This document shows positions 20,601 through 29,626 of a stretch of DNA of 64,000 nt, one piece after another. Position numbers and translations under genes: made by a program. The notes beneath the pieces are model-generated. The model saw nothing but the letters and a program-made list of their open reading frames with translations, was not told the DNA's origin and did not search any database. Origin of the DNA: Elusimicrobiota bacterium (GTDB lineage Bacteria; CG03; SLGR01); assembly GCA_003553445.1 (NCBI GenBank), contig PWEK01000012.1:1844-65843 (forward strand), in the 5' to 3' direction. The stretch's first letter is position 1; each line of letters opens with the position of its first letter.

Positions 20601-20870
20601 TTTATCTTTCTCTCTGCCTTTAGCCCTGCTCTGGAGTTTGAAAAGCTCTGTCATTACCCTGGATTTAAGTTCGTCGGCCGCCTTGTTTGTAAATGTTATG
20701 GCCGCTATTTCATCCGGTGAAGCTAACTCTTCCACTAAAGCGCCTGTTATCCTCTCTACCATGCATGTGGTCTTTCCCGTGCCTGCAGACGCCTCCACCA
20801 GAAAACTGCTTTTAAAATCTTTTCTGATTCTCGCTCTTACGTTTTCATCTATTGGTTTTCTGTCACTCAT
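17631..20870 (-). CDS. addA: AddA-type UvrD helicase with RecB-family nuclease
   Basis: VEASAGTGKT, ITFTNKAA, STIHSF, VDEFQDT, VGDPKQSIYRFRRAD, NFRS, TIHQAKGLE, C-terminal G..VH...GSIDLL...VDYKT. Confidence 0.9.
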   Translation of the reverse strand: MSDRKPIDENVRARIRKDFKSSFLVEASAGTGKTTCMVERITGALVEELASPDEIAAITFTNKAADELKSRVMTELFKLQSRAKGREKDKIANIVEKIGGCEISTIHSFYHRLLSERPLEADLDARVELMDESEETPDNIWRYYMEEKITDFKRYEDLLYSLEVFSVSMDYFKNFCFKSADYPELELGYVPEIDSVGELKKICFRMFERFAGRVTESLRKCNNPIEDEYCRQVRYIKKSWEKMKDSSDREKMAFISALKKVKKVKKGDKKNWDKDGRNIGIMESENANEILSEINGVISDFLFRVAVDLYRDFESFYDEYKKKNSVITFVDSLVKIKDTLRNNKNVRGYFRKKYKMVLVDEFQDTDPIQAEVVAILCSDDASVDDWRKLNIVPGKLFVVGDPKQSIYRFRRADITVYEEFKELFKGRGRDVLKLKQNFRSLEGVTSAVNKYFSQRIRKTDNMSSPGYDPIESFRGPGGGVTLLEMKLTGDGDPEEVLKKDSDKLLARYLASREQKTFAGWLSESLDSGSLKVRDKRTGIERTAHPGEIIILFKRSTHIGGWEEALQERGIPVENVSGKDFFSREEIKEASAIVTAAASPSDTASVYGALKSSVFGLTDTEIYEIVRETGGLNYSKTENFSSLPDKSRRALEKLEKLSRIGLSVPQSVAARFIIEESGLIHLYSGVLGKHSSAASLYKFSSMMENMMREKSLDLYAAVEELANMREDGERPLFFEQEKPAGVRLMTIHQAKGLEAPVVVLGDMSAKNFRKSYINTCTDRSRGKYFRTFVANRTESYEWSKDFESKPKNWDELHEKEIDFLRQEEKRLEYVLFTRASDRFIVTDSKSRGKSFSSDLIRELKKDENTEIEKIEYSNYLKIPELKKERKPYDRGFELYKNEFKENVKKSNSPLYEKRNPSRLDDDAYSSEEGYGKKHGDTVHRLIRSVFKFPEKKIEYDKYENPDAVKKHLENAIRSDVFSRAQKAREKYTEFNLSYYDKAKADLTRGSIDLLFKEPGGWVIVDYKTNMIHNRENINRLTGHYQIQLKRYRRVFEEVTGEKVKETLLLFLDREDMCPDPVELT

Positions 20871-23718
20871 CTCTTAAAATATTTAGGTACTGTGCCGTTT
20901 TACCCGCCGGTTTCTCAAGGTCTTTTCCGGGGCATACATGCCTGTAATCACAGAATCGGCAGGCCTTTCTGTTTTGAGGAAAACTGCCGCTTCTTACCAT
21001 TCCCAGAAGAATTGTAAGAAGATTATGGTATAGCTCCTGCTGCCGCTTTAACTCCTTTGAAGAATACTCTTCTTTCTGAAAATCCCCCTTGAATGTGCAG
21101 AAGTAGTACGCGGACTCCAGGTTCTTTATCCCAAACATCGAGCCGCATGCCTTTTTAAAAATCACAGGGTATAAAACATGCTGCACATAGGAGCGGGATA
21201 TATGGGGCTCCCTGTCATTGACCTTATTCTTCCCGGTTTTATAATCAATAAGTATGAAGTTCCCCCTGCCGTCAGAGTCTATTCTGTCAATAATACCCCT
21301 TAATGAAATTCTTAAACTGCCGAACCCAATAACAGGCGGCTTTTCAACTCTCAGCTCCGGGTCCGTCTCCCCGTCAACCTTTCCAATTCCCGCCTCGAAA
21401 TATGAGGGGGTAAACCCGTCCCTGAATTTTATGCCGGCGGTATAATAATGGGAAAGAATTTTCTTCAAACGGTTCTCCGTGCTTTTATAAACCTGTTTTC
21501 CGGGGGCGGGCCTGAAACGGTTATGGCAGGCCAGAGACTCCACCCCTGTCTTTATGAGGCTCTCCCGGGTCTCCGGAATACTTCTGTCCCTGACACCCCT
21601 GTAGAACTCACTGAATATTCCATGAATAAGCGTGCCCCACTCAAGATGGTCAAACCAGGCAAATGGGTCATGCCTGGGATATTCTCCCGCCTCAAGCTTC
21701 AGAACGTTCTCAAAAAAATACTGAGCGGGGCAACTGATGATACGAGAGATCTTTGAAGGGGAGAAAACCCTCTCATCAAAATCTTTCTTTATCCCGCACG
21801 AATCAACCCTTCCCGAAAAATCACTTATATCCCTTTCACTTCTGTCGCTGCGGACCATTTCATGCCTGTCAAGGTTATTAAAAACAGCCAGCGCTCTTGA
21901 TGCGCTCCCCGGACCCTTTTTAATATAACCGGAATAAAAACCGTAACCCCCGGGGATATCCCTGTCCAGCCCGGCATAATCCTCAATATCCTTTAGGCCC
22001 CCTGCCCTGCCGGAAACTGCCCTGTAAATTTCAAAAAGAAATGGAGAAGGCATAACCCCCTTGCCCGTCAACGGATCGTTTGCCGTCCAGGAAAATATTA
22101 CTTTTTTCGCAGCCGCTGCAGTTAAACCCATGAATTCTTTCCTTTTTCTCTTCTCAAGAACGCTTCTGCCGGCAACCGAATTTTTTCCCGTCAACCTGTT
22201 ATACCTATCCCTCTCCGACATGAGAAAGACGGGATCTACAGGAACCCGGGCAGAATATGAATTCTGGTCAAACCCCGAAAAACACACGGTTTCAAAAACT
22301 CCCCCCAAGACCCTCTCCGGTGTGCTTAAATAGCAGGATTTTCCGTCCGGCTCCTTACCCGGAGTCATTGCCCCTGAAACCCTCTCCGTAATTTTTTCCG
22401 GTAGAGACAGCGGAGAATTCAAAAAGAAATTGTCTCCCTCCAGGTCTTCCAAAAGCCCCTTCAATACAGAAAGCGCCTCCGCGTCGCCTTCATCGGCAGG
22501 GCTGATATACCTCTCAATAATATACAGCAATGGAGCGCTTATGAATTTGCCCTCTCTGTTCCCTTTTCTCACCCTCTCAAAACTTTCTGACAGCTCGCCG
22601 AAAAACTCCGCCAGGAAACCCAAACCCTCAGGCGCAACTTTTAGCTCATTTCTCTGCTCTTTAAGGAAAACAGAAAAATCATTCAAACCCCTGTTTCTTT
22701 TATACAGGGTTATAACCTCCCGGCACCCCTCCCTGTCAAGCCCCTTCGGTATATTCAGGGAAAGTGAAGACAGGGCCTCCCTGGCCGGGGCTGTCCTCAT
22801 CTCATTTTCCAAAAGTTTCATGAAAGATAAAAAAAGCCTCACCGGCGCAAAGCCTCCCAGCGGCAGCCCCCTGCCGCAGGTTATATTAATACCCCGCCTT
22901 TCCGCTTCGGCCCTGTAGCGGTGGATGCTCCCGCAGTAGTTTGCAATGCCGACTGCTTTTAAAGCCCCGCTGCCGCCCGAGCATATAATGTCGAAAACCC
23001 CCTTTACCTCATCATCCGGATGGGCAAAGGCCTCCAGCCCAACAAAATCATCTTCGGGCTTTTGCCTTTTGCCCAAAAGATAAGATTTAAACCCCTCATT
23101 GCCGCATGAAAGAAATGATGAATCTATCCTGCGGCACTCATTCCTGCATGAAAGCCCGTCGATTAAACGTTTCTGTCCGGAAGTATAAACTCCGTCTTCA
23201 ACAAAATAAAATTCATCCTTTTTTCTTTTTGCCTCTTCAAGCGCCTTCCTATAGACTTCATCCGGAGCTATAAAACCCCTCTTTTTATAAATGCGCTTAA
23301 CCTCTGATGTAAGTCTGATTATTTCTTCCCATTTTTCGGCATTCTGAAGTTTTTCTAAAATATTCAAATCCACATCTTCAGATAGCATCTCCCTTATGAC
23401 CTTTCCCAGGTGAGCAAAAAGCTCCGGTTTATCCCTGTATCCGGCGAAATAGGAACCTTCACCTATTACATTACCGGCAGCCTTATACAGAATATCGCTG
23501 TACTGGTTTTTCTGCGGGACCTCCTCCCGGAGAACTCCGGAAAGATAACGGGGAAAATCCTTAATGCTGACAAACCTCATATTTGCGGTCTTTTCATACA
23601 AAACGGCCGCAGAATCCGGATAAACAGAGGCCCTGTCCCTGCCGGGGGTTATTACAACCTTCCCCCGTGGCAAGGAAAGAATTCTTTCAAACTCTTCTTT
23701 TTTTATTTCCCTTATCAC
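20863..23718 (-). CDS. addB: AddB-like PD-(D/E)xK nuclease subunit with Fe-S staple
   Basis: Degenerate helicase-like N-terminus, FSPSKI...CPAQYF, LRGIIDRID, IDYKTG, terminal CRFCDYRHVC. Overlaps the addA start. Confidence 0.85.
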   Translation of the reverse strand: MIREIKKEEFERILSLPRGKVVITPGRDRASVYPDSAAVLYEKTANMRFVSIKDFPRYLSGVLREEVPQKNQYSDILYKAAGNVIGEGSYFAGYRDKPELFAHLGKVIREMLSEDVDLNILEKLQNAEKWEEIIRLTSEVKRIYKKRGFIAPDEVYRKALEEAKRKKDEFYFVEDGVYTSGQKRLIDGLSCRNECRRIDSSFLSCGNEGFKSYLLGKRQKPEDDFVGLEAFAHPDDEVKGVFDIICSGGSGALKAVGIANYCGSIHRYRAEAERRGINITCGRGLPLGGFAPVRLFLSFMKLLENEMRTAPAREALSSLSLNIPKGLDREGCREVITLYKRNRGLNDFSVFLKEQRNELKVAPEGLGFLAEFFGELSESFERVRKGNREGKFISAPLLYIIERYISPADEGDAEALSVLKGLLEDLEGDNFFLNSPLSLPEKITERVSGAMTPGKEPDGKSCYLSTPERVLGGVFETVCFSGFDQNSYSARVPVDPVFLMSERDRYNRLTGKNSVAGRSVLEKRKRKEFMGLTAAAAKKVIFSWTANDPLTGKGVMPSPFLFEIYRAVSGRAGGLKDIEDYAGLDRDIPGGYGFYSGYIKKGPGSASRALAVFNNLDRHEMVRSDRSERDISDFSGRVDSCGIKKDFDERVFSPSKISRIISCPAQYFFENVLKLEAGEYPRHDPFAWFDHLEWGTLIHGIFSEFYRGVRDRSIPETRESLIKTGVESLACHNRFRPAPGKQVYKSTENRLKKILSHYYTAGIKFRDGFTPSYFEAGIGKVDGETDPELRVEKPPVIGFGSLRISLRGIIDRIDSDGRGNFILIDYKTGKNKVNDREPHISRSYVQHVLYPVIFKKACGSMFGIKNLESAYYFCTFKGDFQKEEYSSKELKRQQELYHNLLTILLGMVRSGSFPQNRKACRFCDYRHVCPGKDLEKPAGKTAQYLNILRDE

Positions 23719-25925
23719 TGCAGATTAAGCATCCCGGATTCAGCCCTTGTATTTTTAAGTCTTTCTTTCAAAAAAGTGTTTCTGCGGGTGGTTTTGTTGT
23801 TTCGAATCCCTATGGCAAGAGCCTTCTTTGTTCCCACCAATACCACCAGCTTCTTTCCCCTTGTTACAGCGGTGTAAATCAAATTGCGCTGCAGAAGAAT
23901 ATAGTGCTGCGTAAGTATCGGGACTATAACCGCAGGGTATTCAGAGCCCTGTGACTTGTGAATTGATATGGCGTAGGCAGGAACAATCTCATCCATCTCG
24001 CTGTACTCATACTTTACAATACGGGAATCGAAACTGACCGAGAGCTCACCCAGCTCATTTTCCACCCCCGTAATCCTGCCCGTATCTCCGTTATAGACCT
24101 CCTTGTCGTAATTATTCCTGACCTGCATGACCTTGTCATTTACCCTGAAGCCCCATCCTCCCCGCTGAAGCCTCCTGCCCCGGGGGTTAAGGGCTTCCTG
24201 GAGTCTTTTGTTCAGATTCGCGGAACCGGCCGTCCCCTTATGCATGGGGGTGAGAACCTGTATGTCTTTCACCGGGTCAAAGCCGAACCTTCGGGGAATT
24301 CTTTCCCTTGCAAGCCTTATAATAATATCAACTGTTTTTTCAGGGTCATCCTGCCTGATAAAATAAAAATCCGAAAGGCCCGCCCTCTCTTGACTGACAA
24401 CCGGCATTCTGCCGCTGTTTATTCTGTGCGCATTAACAACAATCATGCTCTCTTTGGCCTGCCTGAAAATCTTATCCAGCTTAATAACCGGAACAAGAGA
24501 CGACTCAATTACATCCCTCAGAACGCTTCCGGCGCCTACCGATGGAAGCTGGTTTACATCTCCCACCAGCACAAACGCGGCATCCAAAGGAACAGCTTTC
24601 ATAAGGTGATGCATTAATACAGCATCAATCATGGAGGCTTCATCAACAATAAGAAGGTCGCAGTGCAGTTTGTTTTTCTCATTTTTCTGAAATCCGCCCT
24701 TTGCAATGCTGTACTTGAGCATCCTGTGAATCGTCCCGGCTTTACGCCCCGTGGATTCGCTCATTTTTTTTGCAGCCCTTCCCGTGGGGGCCGCCAGCAT
24801 TATATTCATATTCGCTTTTTCAAATATCCTTATAACAGAGCTTATTATAGTGGTCTTTCCGGTTCCCGGCCCTCCGGTAATAACGGTAACCTTGCTGTCT
24901 GCAGCGCGCATAACAGCATCTTTCTGCTTCCGGGCCAGCTTTATGGAGCTCTGTTTCTGCACCCATTCAATCGCTTTTTCCTTATCTATTCCCCAAAGCT
25001 TACCACGGCCCCGGCTCATTTCCTTCACCCTGGAAGCTATGCCTCCCTCGCACACATGATACTTTTTCAGGTATACAGCCTCTTCACCCTTAACCTCTTC
25101 TATGACCACCTTATTTTCCCCGGCAAGATTATCAAGGGCCCCCCTGATCGCCTTTTTTTCAACCTCCAGTATCTCACAGCATTTTTCAACAAGCTCCCCA
25201 GCGGGATAATAAAGGTGTCCGTCTGCGGAAAGCTGATTAAGAACATAAACAACACCCGACTCCGCCCTCAGTGCAGATTCCCTGGAAAAACCCATTTTCT
25301 GAGCTATCTTATCAGCGGTAAGAAACCCCACGCCGAAAATATCATCCGCAAGCCGGTAAGGGTTTTCCTTCACCACCTCAACAGACCTTTCTCCGTACTT
25401 TTTAAAAATCTTAGTTGCGTATGCGGAGCTGATATCATGGGAATGCAGAAAAACCATCACTTCCCTTATCCTCTTTTGCTCTTCCCAGGCCCCCCGTATC
25501 ATACCTATGCGCCTTTTCCCTATGCCCCCGACTTCTGAAAGCCTCTCAGAATCATTTTCTATTATATCCAGGCTCTTATCCCCGAATAAAGAAACTATCC
25601 TTTTAGCCATTACGGGACCTATCCCTTTTATCAGCCCCGACCCCAGGTACTTCTCTATTCCGTGAACAGTTGCCGGTGAAACCCTTTTATAATCACGAAT
25701 TTTAAACTGCCTTCCGTACCTTGGGTGATTTACCCACTCCCCCTTCATCTCCAGGACCTCACCAGGGTTCGGCGCCGCCAGCCTTCCGGCAGCGGTAACA
25801 AGGTCACTACGGTCCTCTGCTTGAACCCTTGCAACGGTATATCCGTTTTCCTCGTTGGTATAAGTGATTCTTTCTATCCGTCCTTTAAGGTATGATATAC
25901 GACGGCTGGATGTTTCTTCAACCAT
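23715..25925 (-). CDS. recD2: RecD2 (RecD/TraA-family) ATP-dependent DNA helicase
   Basis: N-terminal HPRYGRQF and YLGSGLIKGIG HhH region, TGGPGTGKT, APTGRAA, VDEASMID, VGDVNQLPSVGAG, AYAISIHKSQGSE, LIYTAVTR. Confidence 0.95.
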   Translation of the reverse strand: MVEETSSRRISYLKGRIERITYTNEENGYTVARVQAEDRSDLVTAAGRLAAPNPGEVLEMKGEWVNHPRYGRQFKIRDYKRVSPATVHGIEKYLGSGLIKGIGPVMAKRIVSLFGDKSLDIIENDSERLSEVGGIGKRRIGMIRGAWEEQKRIREVMVFLHSHDISSAYATKIFKKYGERSVEVVKENPYRLADDIFGVGFLTADKIAQKMGFSRESALRAESGVVYVLNQLSADGHLYYPAGELVEKCCEILEVEKKAIRGALDNLAGENKVVIEEVKGEEAVYLKKYHVCEGGIASRVKEMSRGRGKLWGIDKEKAIEWVQKQSSIKLARKQKDAVMRAADSKVTVITGGPGTGKTTIISSVIRIFEKANMNIMLAAPTGRAAKKMSESTGRKAGTIHRMLKYSIAKGGFQKNEKNKLHCDLLIVDEASMIDAVLMHHLMKAVPLDAAFVLVGDVNQLPSVGAGSVLRDVIESSLVPVIKLDKIFRQAKESMIVVNAHRINSGRMPVVSQERAGLSDFYFIRQDDPEKTVDIIIRLARERIPRRFGFDPVKDIQVLTPMHKGTAGSANLNKRLQEALNPRGRRLQRGGWGFRVNDKVMQVRNNYDKEVYNGDTGRITGVENELGELSVSFDSRIVKYEYSEMDEIVPAYAISIHKSQGSEYPAVIVPILTQHYILLQRNLIYTAVTRGKKLVVLVGTKKALAIGIRNNKTTRRNTFLKERLKNTRAESGMLNLQ

Positions 25926-25972
25926 TAAAAGAAACCCCTCCCGAATTCTTTATTATGTAAAACATTAGTTAA

Positions 25973-26000
25973 ATTTTATCAATAAAGAGTTTTAAGTCAA
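25973..26000 (-). promoter_or_regulatory. Sigma70-type promoter of recD2-addB-addA
   Basis: Minus strand TTGACT, 16 nt, TAAAAT, with an extended -10 TG. Confidence 0.6.
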
Positions 26001-26027
26001 TAAAACTATGCTGTTATGGCGAGATAA

Positions 26028-26510
26028 TTATAACTGCACCCTGTGCTGCGCTGTGGTTGAAGACAGATGAACCTCTCCGTTTCTCTCCAGTTCAAGTATT
26101 ATTCCCACCTCTCTGTGAAAAGGCGGATCTTTTTTATTTATTTCAAATTTTTTTACATCAGAATATGTCAGGTTCCTTTCGCTACCCCCCCTCACTTCAG
26201 CTTTAACAGTCCCGTCTTCTTTCCAGAAGCTCCCCAGGGTGATAGTGCCGGTGTAAACTTTAAATTTATCAGGCTCTTCATCTTCGTCCCATCCAGAACT
26301 ACCCCCCATTCTTGTTACCCATTCCATCTGATAAACTGCATGGTCAGCTTCCCTGACCAGTCCAACTTTCTCTTCCCCTTCATACCACGTCCTGTAGGCA
26401 TGGACTATAAGTATAATCGCCGTCAGCAGAAGCAGTATGCTGATGATAAAAGATATCAGCAGTTCAACTAATGTCATTCCTGAGTCTTTATTTTTCATTT
26501 TTTTCACCAT
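26028..26510 (-). CDS. Type IV minor pilin (PilW/pseudopilin-like)
   Basis: Class III signal KDSG|MTLVELLIS with E5 and a hydrophobic helix. Confidence 0.85.
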   Translation of the reverse strand: MVKKMKNKDSGMTLVELLISFIISILLLLTAIILIVHAYRTWYEGEEKVGLVREADHAVYQMEWVTRMGGSSGWDEDEEPDKFKVYTGTITLGSFWKEDGTVKAEVRGGSERNLTYSDVKKFEINKKDPPFHREVGIILELERNGEVHLSSTTAQHRVQL

Positions 26511-26875
26511 CTGTGTATTATTGTATTCAACCTCAAGTCCTGCTTGTTCCCATCACTTAACTCCCAATCAACCTCAACCTCAATTTCTTTGTGCCCATCG
26601 TCAACTTCAGTTACAGAAATCTTATAGTTATAATCAATTCCGGTCCCCACATTTACTGTTTTTGTCTCACCGGTCCCGGTAATTAAAGCATAGTCCGTTG
26701 CGCCTTTAATAAGCTCCATACGAGAAGAAGCAACCTCAAGGGCGGTGTTTTTTCTCCTGGCTCTTTCTATAAAAGAGCTTCCGGAGACAAATAGATAAAA
26801 CCCCGCTACCGTAACCACACCGAATACGATAACCCCGACCATGACCTCCGTGAGCGTAAATCCGCCGTTTTTCAT
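26504..26875 (-). CDS. Type IV minor pilin (PilV-like); start ATG 26875
   Basis: MKNGG|FTLTEVMVG, A..VASSRMELI, and a GGAGGTGA SD upstream. Confidence 0.88.
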   Translation of the reverse strand: MKNGGFTLTEVMVGVIVFGVVTVAGFYLFVSGSSFIERARRKNTALEVASSRMELIKGATDYALITGTGETKTVNVGTGIDYNYKISVTEVDDGHKEIEVEVDWELSDGNKQDLRLNTIIHRW

Positions 26876-28371
26876 TCTATCACCTCCCAGCTTCGGGTAA
26901 GTATCCTCCAATTGTTAGGAATATTCATGAAAGGTAATCTTCTAGTTAATCCCGGAACTTGATATATTGTTCCTGGATTCTGAAACTGCTCAATATTCTT
27001 CTCAGCTCCAAATGAACCAACAAATATACTATTAGCAACTCCAGAGTCGAAATAAAGTTCTTCTCCATAAAAAAACCCCATATAGCTCATATTCGATCTA
27101 GTAAATTCCATATTCTTTTCTGATAATACCGCCAACATATTGCCACCATTCTCATCAGCAAAATCAACGGTTAAAAGCGAATTTCTAATAAAAACATCCC
27201 CGGTTGCTATAAGGACCCCATTCCCTTCATAATGAATTTCATCTCCCCCCGGTTGACTTCCAAACTCTAAGTTTCCTTGTACTACAATGGCGCCTTCAAC
27301 CGTTAAAGTGCTTCCATCATGATGAAATGAATTATTAATAGTATCACCCGTAAGTGTATTTGTATCGAATTCTACACCGGTATTCGCATTAATTATAGCA
27401 TCATCCTCAATAATTAATGATACCTCCTCTGGAGTTAAAGCGTAATTATTTTCCCCAAAAATATCATCATGATTCGTAAGGTCAGGTAAATCTAATTCAT
27501 CATAGAAAGTACTATATCCTATCCCCCTGTCTGAAAAATATTCTAAACCCCCTCTTATACTCTCCTTTCCTTTCGGTAGATAAATCCCATCAACTGGACG
27601 TTTGTAAGAGTTGCCCTTATGCTCATCTCCTATCTGGTTATCAACACTTATTTCACCTCTCATAACCCAGACATTTGTTCTCAGAGATTCATAATAACCT
27701 CCTTGATATCTTACTCTCGGCAAATCTGGAATCCTATCTTTTAAATCTGAACCAATGCCTGCATAATAGTTTTGTATACTAGCATATCCTATAAGTTCCA
27801 ATACAAGCTCATTTTCGCTGAGACCAGTTCCACCAATATAAACAGAACCACAGATAGTTGCACTTCCCCTAATTTGATCTGCTGACATACCACCGGAAAA
27901 CAATGCAGACTCACCGGGATTGATATTCATACCCCTTACATCCGCTTGAATTGTTCTTGTAAAATCACCAACCGTTCCGCTTGCCCTCACCGTGGTCTCA
28001 TCAGGCAAGGGATCACCAGCGGCATCTACAATAGCCTCAACCTCTGCCTCGTATGTGCCGTTTCCAAAATCTGCTTCATCTACAATTTGATTTATATTGT
28101 TTCCTCCACTGGGAAATAAATTCTCCCAGGTTCCCTCAGCCTGCATTTTTATTTTGAGCTCCTCTTTTGCCCTCTCCAGGCCCGCTTCCGCCAGCCAAAG
28201 CGCCTGGCTTCTTTTTATGTCGTTTTGAACTTCAACTCTTCTTGCCTGGCTCAAATATATGAAAGCAAAGCCTGATATAGTCAGAACTAGCACTGTTGCA
28301 ATGATTGCGGGGAAGGCGAATCCCCGGTTTTGGGGGATATCAGAATTAAACAATGATGTTTTTTTTATCAT
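26872..28371 (-). CDS. PilX/GspK-like large minor pilin
   Basis: NRG|FAFPAII (no E5, typical of PilX), QALWLAEAGLERA, RASGTVG..TRTI, terminal SWEV. Confidence 0.85.
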   Translation of the reverse strand: MIKKTSLFNSDIPQNRGFAFPAIIATVLVLTISGFAFIYLSQARRVEVQNDIKRSQALWLAEAGLERAKEELKIKMQAEGTWENLFPSGGNNINQIVDEADFGNGTYEAEVEAIVDAAGDPLPDETTVRASGTVGDFTRTIQADVRGMNINPGESALFSGGMSADQIRGSATICGSVYIGGTGLSENELVLELIGYASIQNYYAGIGSDLKDRIPDLPRVRYQGGYYESLRTNVWVMRGEISVDNQIGDEHKGNSYKRPVDGIYLPKGKESIRGGLEYFSDRGIGYSTFYDELDLPDLTNHDDIFGENNYALTPEEVSLIIEDDAIINANTGVEFDTNTLTGDTINNSFHHDGSTLTVEGAIVVQGNLEFGSQPGGDEIHYEGNGVLIATGDVFIRNSLLTVDFADENGGNMLAVLSEKNMEFTRSNMSYMGFFYGEELYFDSGVANSIFVGSFGAEKNIEQFQNPGTIYQVPGLTRRLPFMNIPNNWRILTRSWEVIE

Positions 28372-28391
28372 TTTTTTTACCTCCGGTTTTG

Positions 28392-29609
28392 TTACATTCC
28401 CCCCATCATCTGTCCCGCCATCTGAAATATTGGCAGGTACATTACTATTACAAAGGCGCCTACCATAACGCCGAGTATTACTATTAAAACCGGTTCTATA
28501 ATAGAGCTTAACCCTTCGACTATAGCGACTACTTCTTTTGTATAGTACTCATAAATTTTCTCAAGCATATCAGGCACATTTCCGGCCTGTTCTCCTATGG
28601 TAATCATTGTGGTTGCCATACTTGTAAACAGAGGAGCCTCTTTCAATGCTTCCGAAAGGGATGCCCCCTGGGTAACCTCTTCTTTCATAAGTTCAATACT
28701 TCTTCTGTAGGGCGCATTATTTACCACTTTTTTTGCAATATCCAGCGATTCCAGTATTGGAACCCCGTTGTCCAGAAGCGAACCGAAAGTATGAAAAAAC
28801 TGCGCAAGTATTACCTTTGCAACGAAATCTCCGAAAATCGGAACTGATATAATCATCTTATCAATATTGTAACGCCCCCGCTCCGTTCTGTATATAAGAT
28901 ATATCCCGAACACAAGAAGAGCAATAAAAAGCAGTATTAATATTATGTTTCCCACAAAAAAATCGCTGATTCCAATAGCTATCTGTGTAGGCCTTGGAAG
29001 CTCCGCTCCGAAAGACGCAAAAAGATTGCTTAAAGCCGGAATAAGAAACAGCATCACGCCCGCGAAGACAAAAATCATAAACCCCAAGACAAATATGGGA
29101 TACATGCTAGCGGTTTTTATATCCCTGCGTAAATTATTCACCTTTTCCATATAATCGGCCATATCTTCAAATACCTTTTCCAGATGCCCTCCCTTTTCAC
29201 CAACCCTGACCATTGATGTAAATACATTACTGAAAACCTTTGGATATTGCGCCATTGTTTTTGAAAGAGATTCACCATTGGATATTTTTTGTGACATGCT
29301 GGTGAGAACCTTTTTCAATGCCGGTTTAGTGGTCATCCCCCTGATGCTTTCTATCGAAGTTAATATGGTCACTCCGGCTTTTAGCATAGTAGCCATCTGG
29401 CGGCAGAATATGGCAATGTCTTTCCTGCTGATGCTTCTTTTCAAAAATACGGGATTTTTCTGCTCGTTAGACTCCAGTTCTTCTATTGAAACAAGTATCA
29501 GGCCGTTTCGGTCAAGAAAACTTGCGAGATGTTCCGCAGTGTTCGTCTCTTTAATTCCTTCTACCAGCTTGCCTTCGCTGCTCCGCGCTTTGTATTTAAA
29601 TACAGTCAT
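28392..29609 (-). CDS. pilC: Type IV pilus platform protein PilC (GspF family)
   Basis: FKYKAR, FCRQMATMLKAGV, GEKGGHL, ASMYP, LPRPT, IGEQAG, IEPVLI, MYLPIF. Confidence 0.95.
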   Translation of the reverse strand: MTVFKYKARSSEGKLVEGIKETNTAEHLASFLDRNGLILVSIEELESNEQKNPVFLKRSISRKDIAIFCRQMATMLKAGVTILTSIESIRGMTTKPALKKVLTSMSQKISNGESLSKTMAQYPKVFSNVFTSMVRVGEKGGHLEKVFEDMADYMEKVNNLRRDIKTASMYPIFVLGFMIFVFAGVMLFLIPALSNLFASFGAELPRPTQIAIGISDFFVGNIILILLFIALLVFGIYLIYRTERGRYNIDKMIISVPIFGDFVAKVILAQFFHTFGSLLDNGVPILESLDIAKKVVNNAPYRRSIELMKEEVTQGASLSEALKEAPLFTSMATTMITIGEQAGNVPDMLEKIYEYYTKEVVAIVEGLSSIIEPVLIVILGVMVGAFVIVMYLPIFQMAGQMMGGM

Positions 29610-29626
29610 AAAAAATTCCTTTTCAT

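Noticed and set aside
20863-21760. Cas4-like Fe-S nuclease suggesting a CRISPR or defence system
   Set aside because: It is the C-terminal domain of a 951-aa AddB-like protein coupled to AddA. No cas genes or repeat-spacer array are present.
24663-25538. 291-aa plus-strand ORF and the many other short antisense or overlapping ORFs in the track
   Set aside because: They are shadows of well-supported genes on the opposite strand or another frame, with no motifs or SD support.
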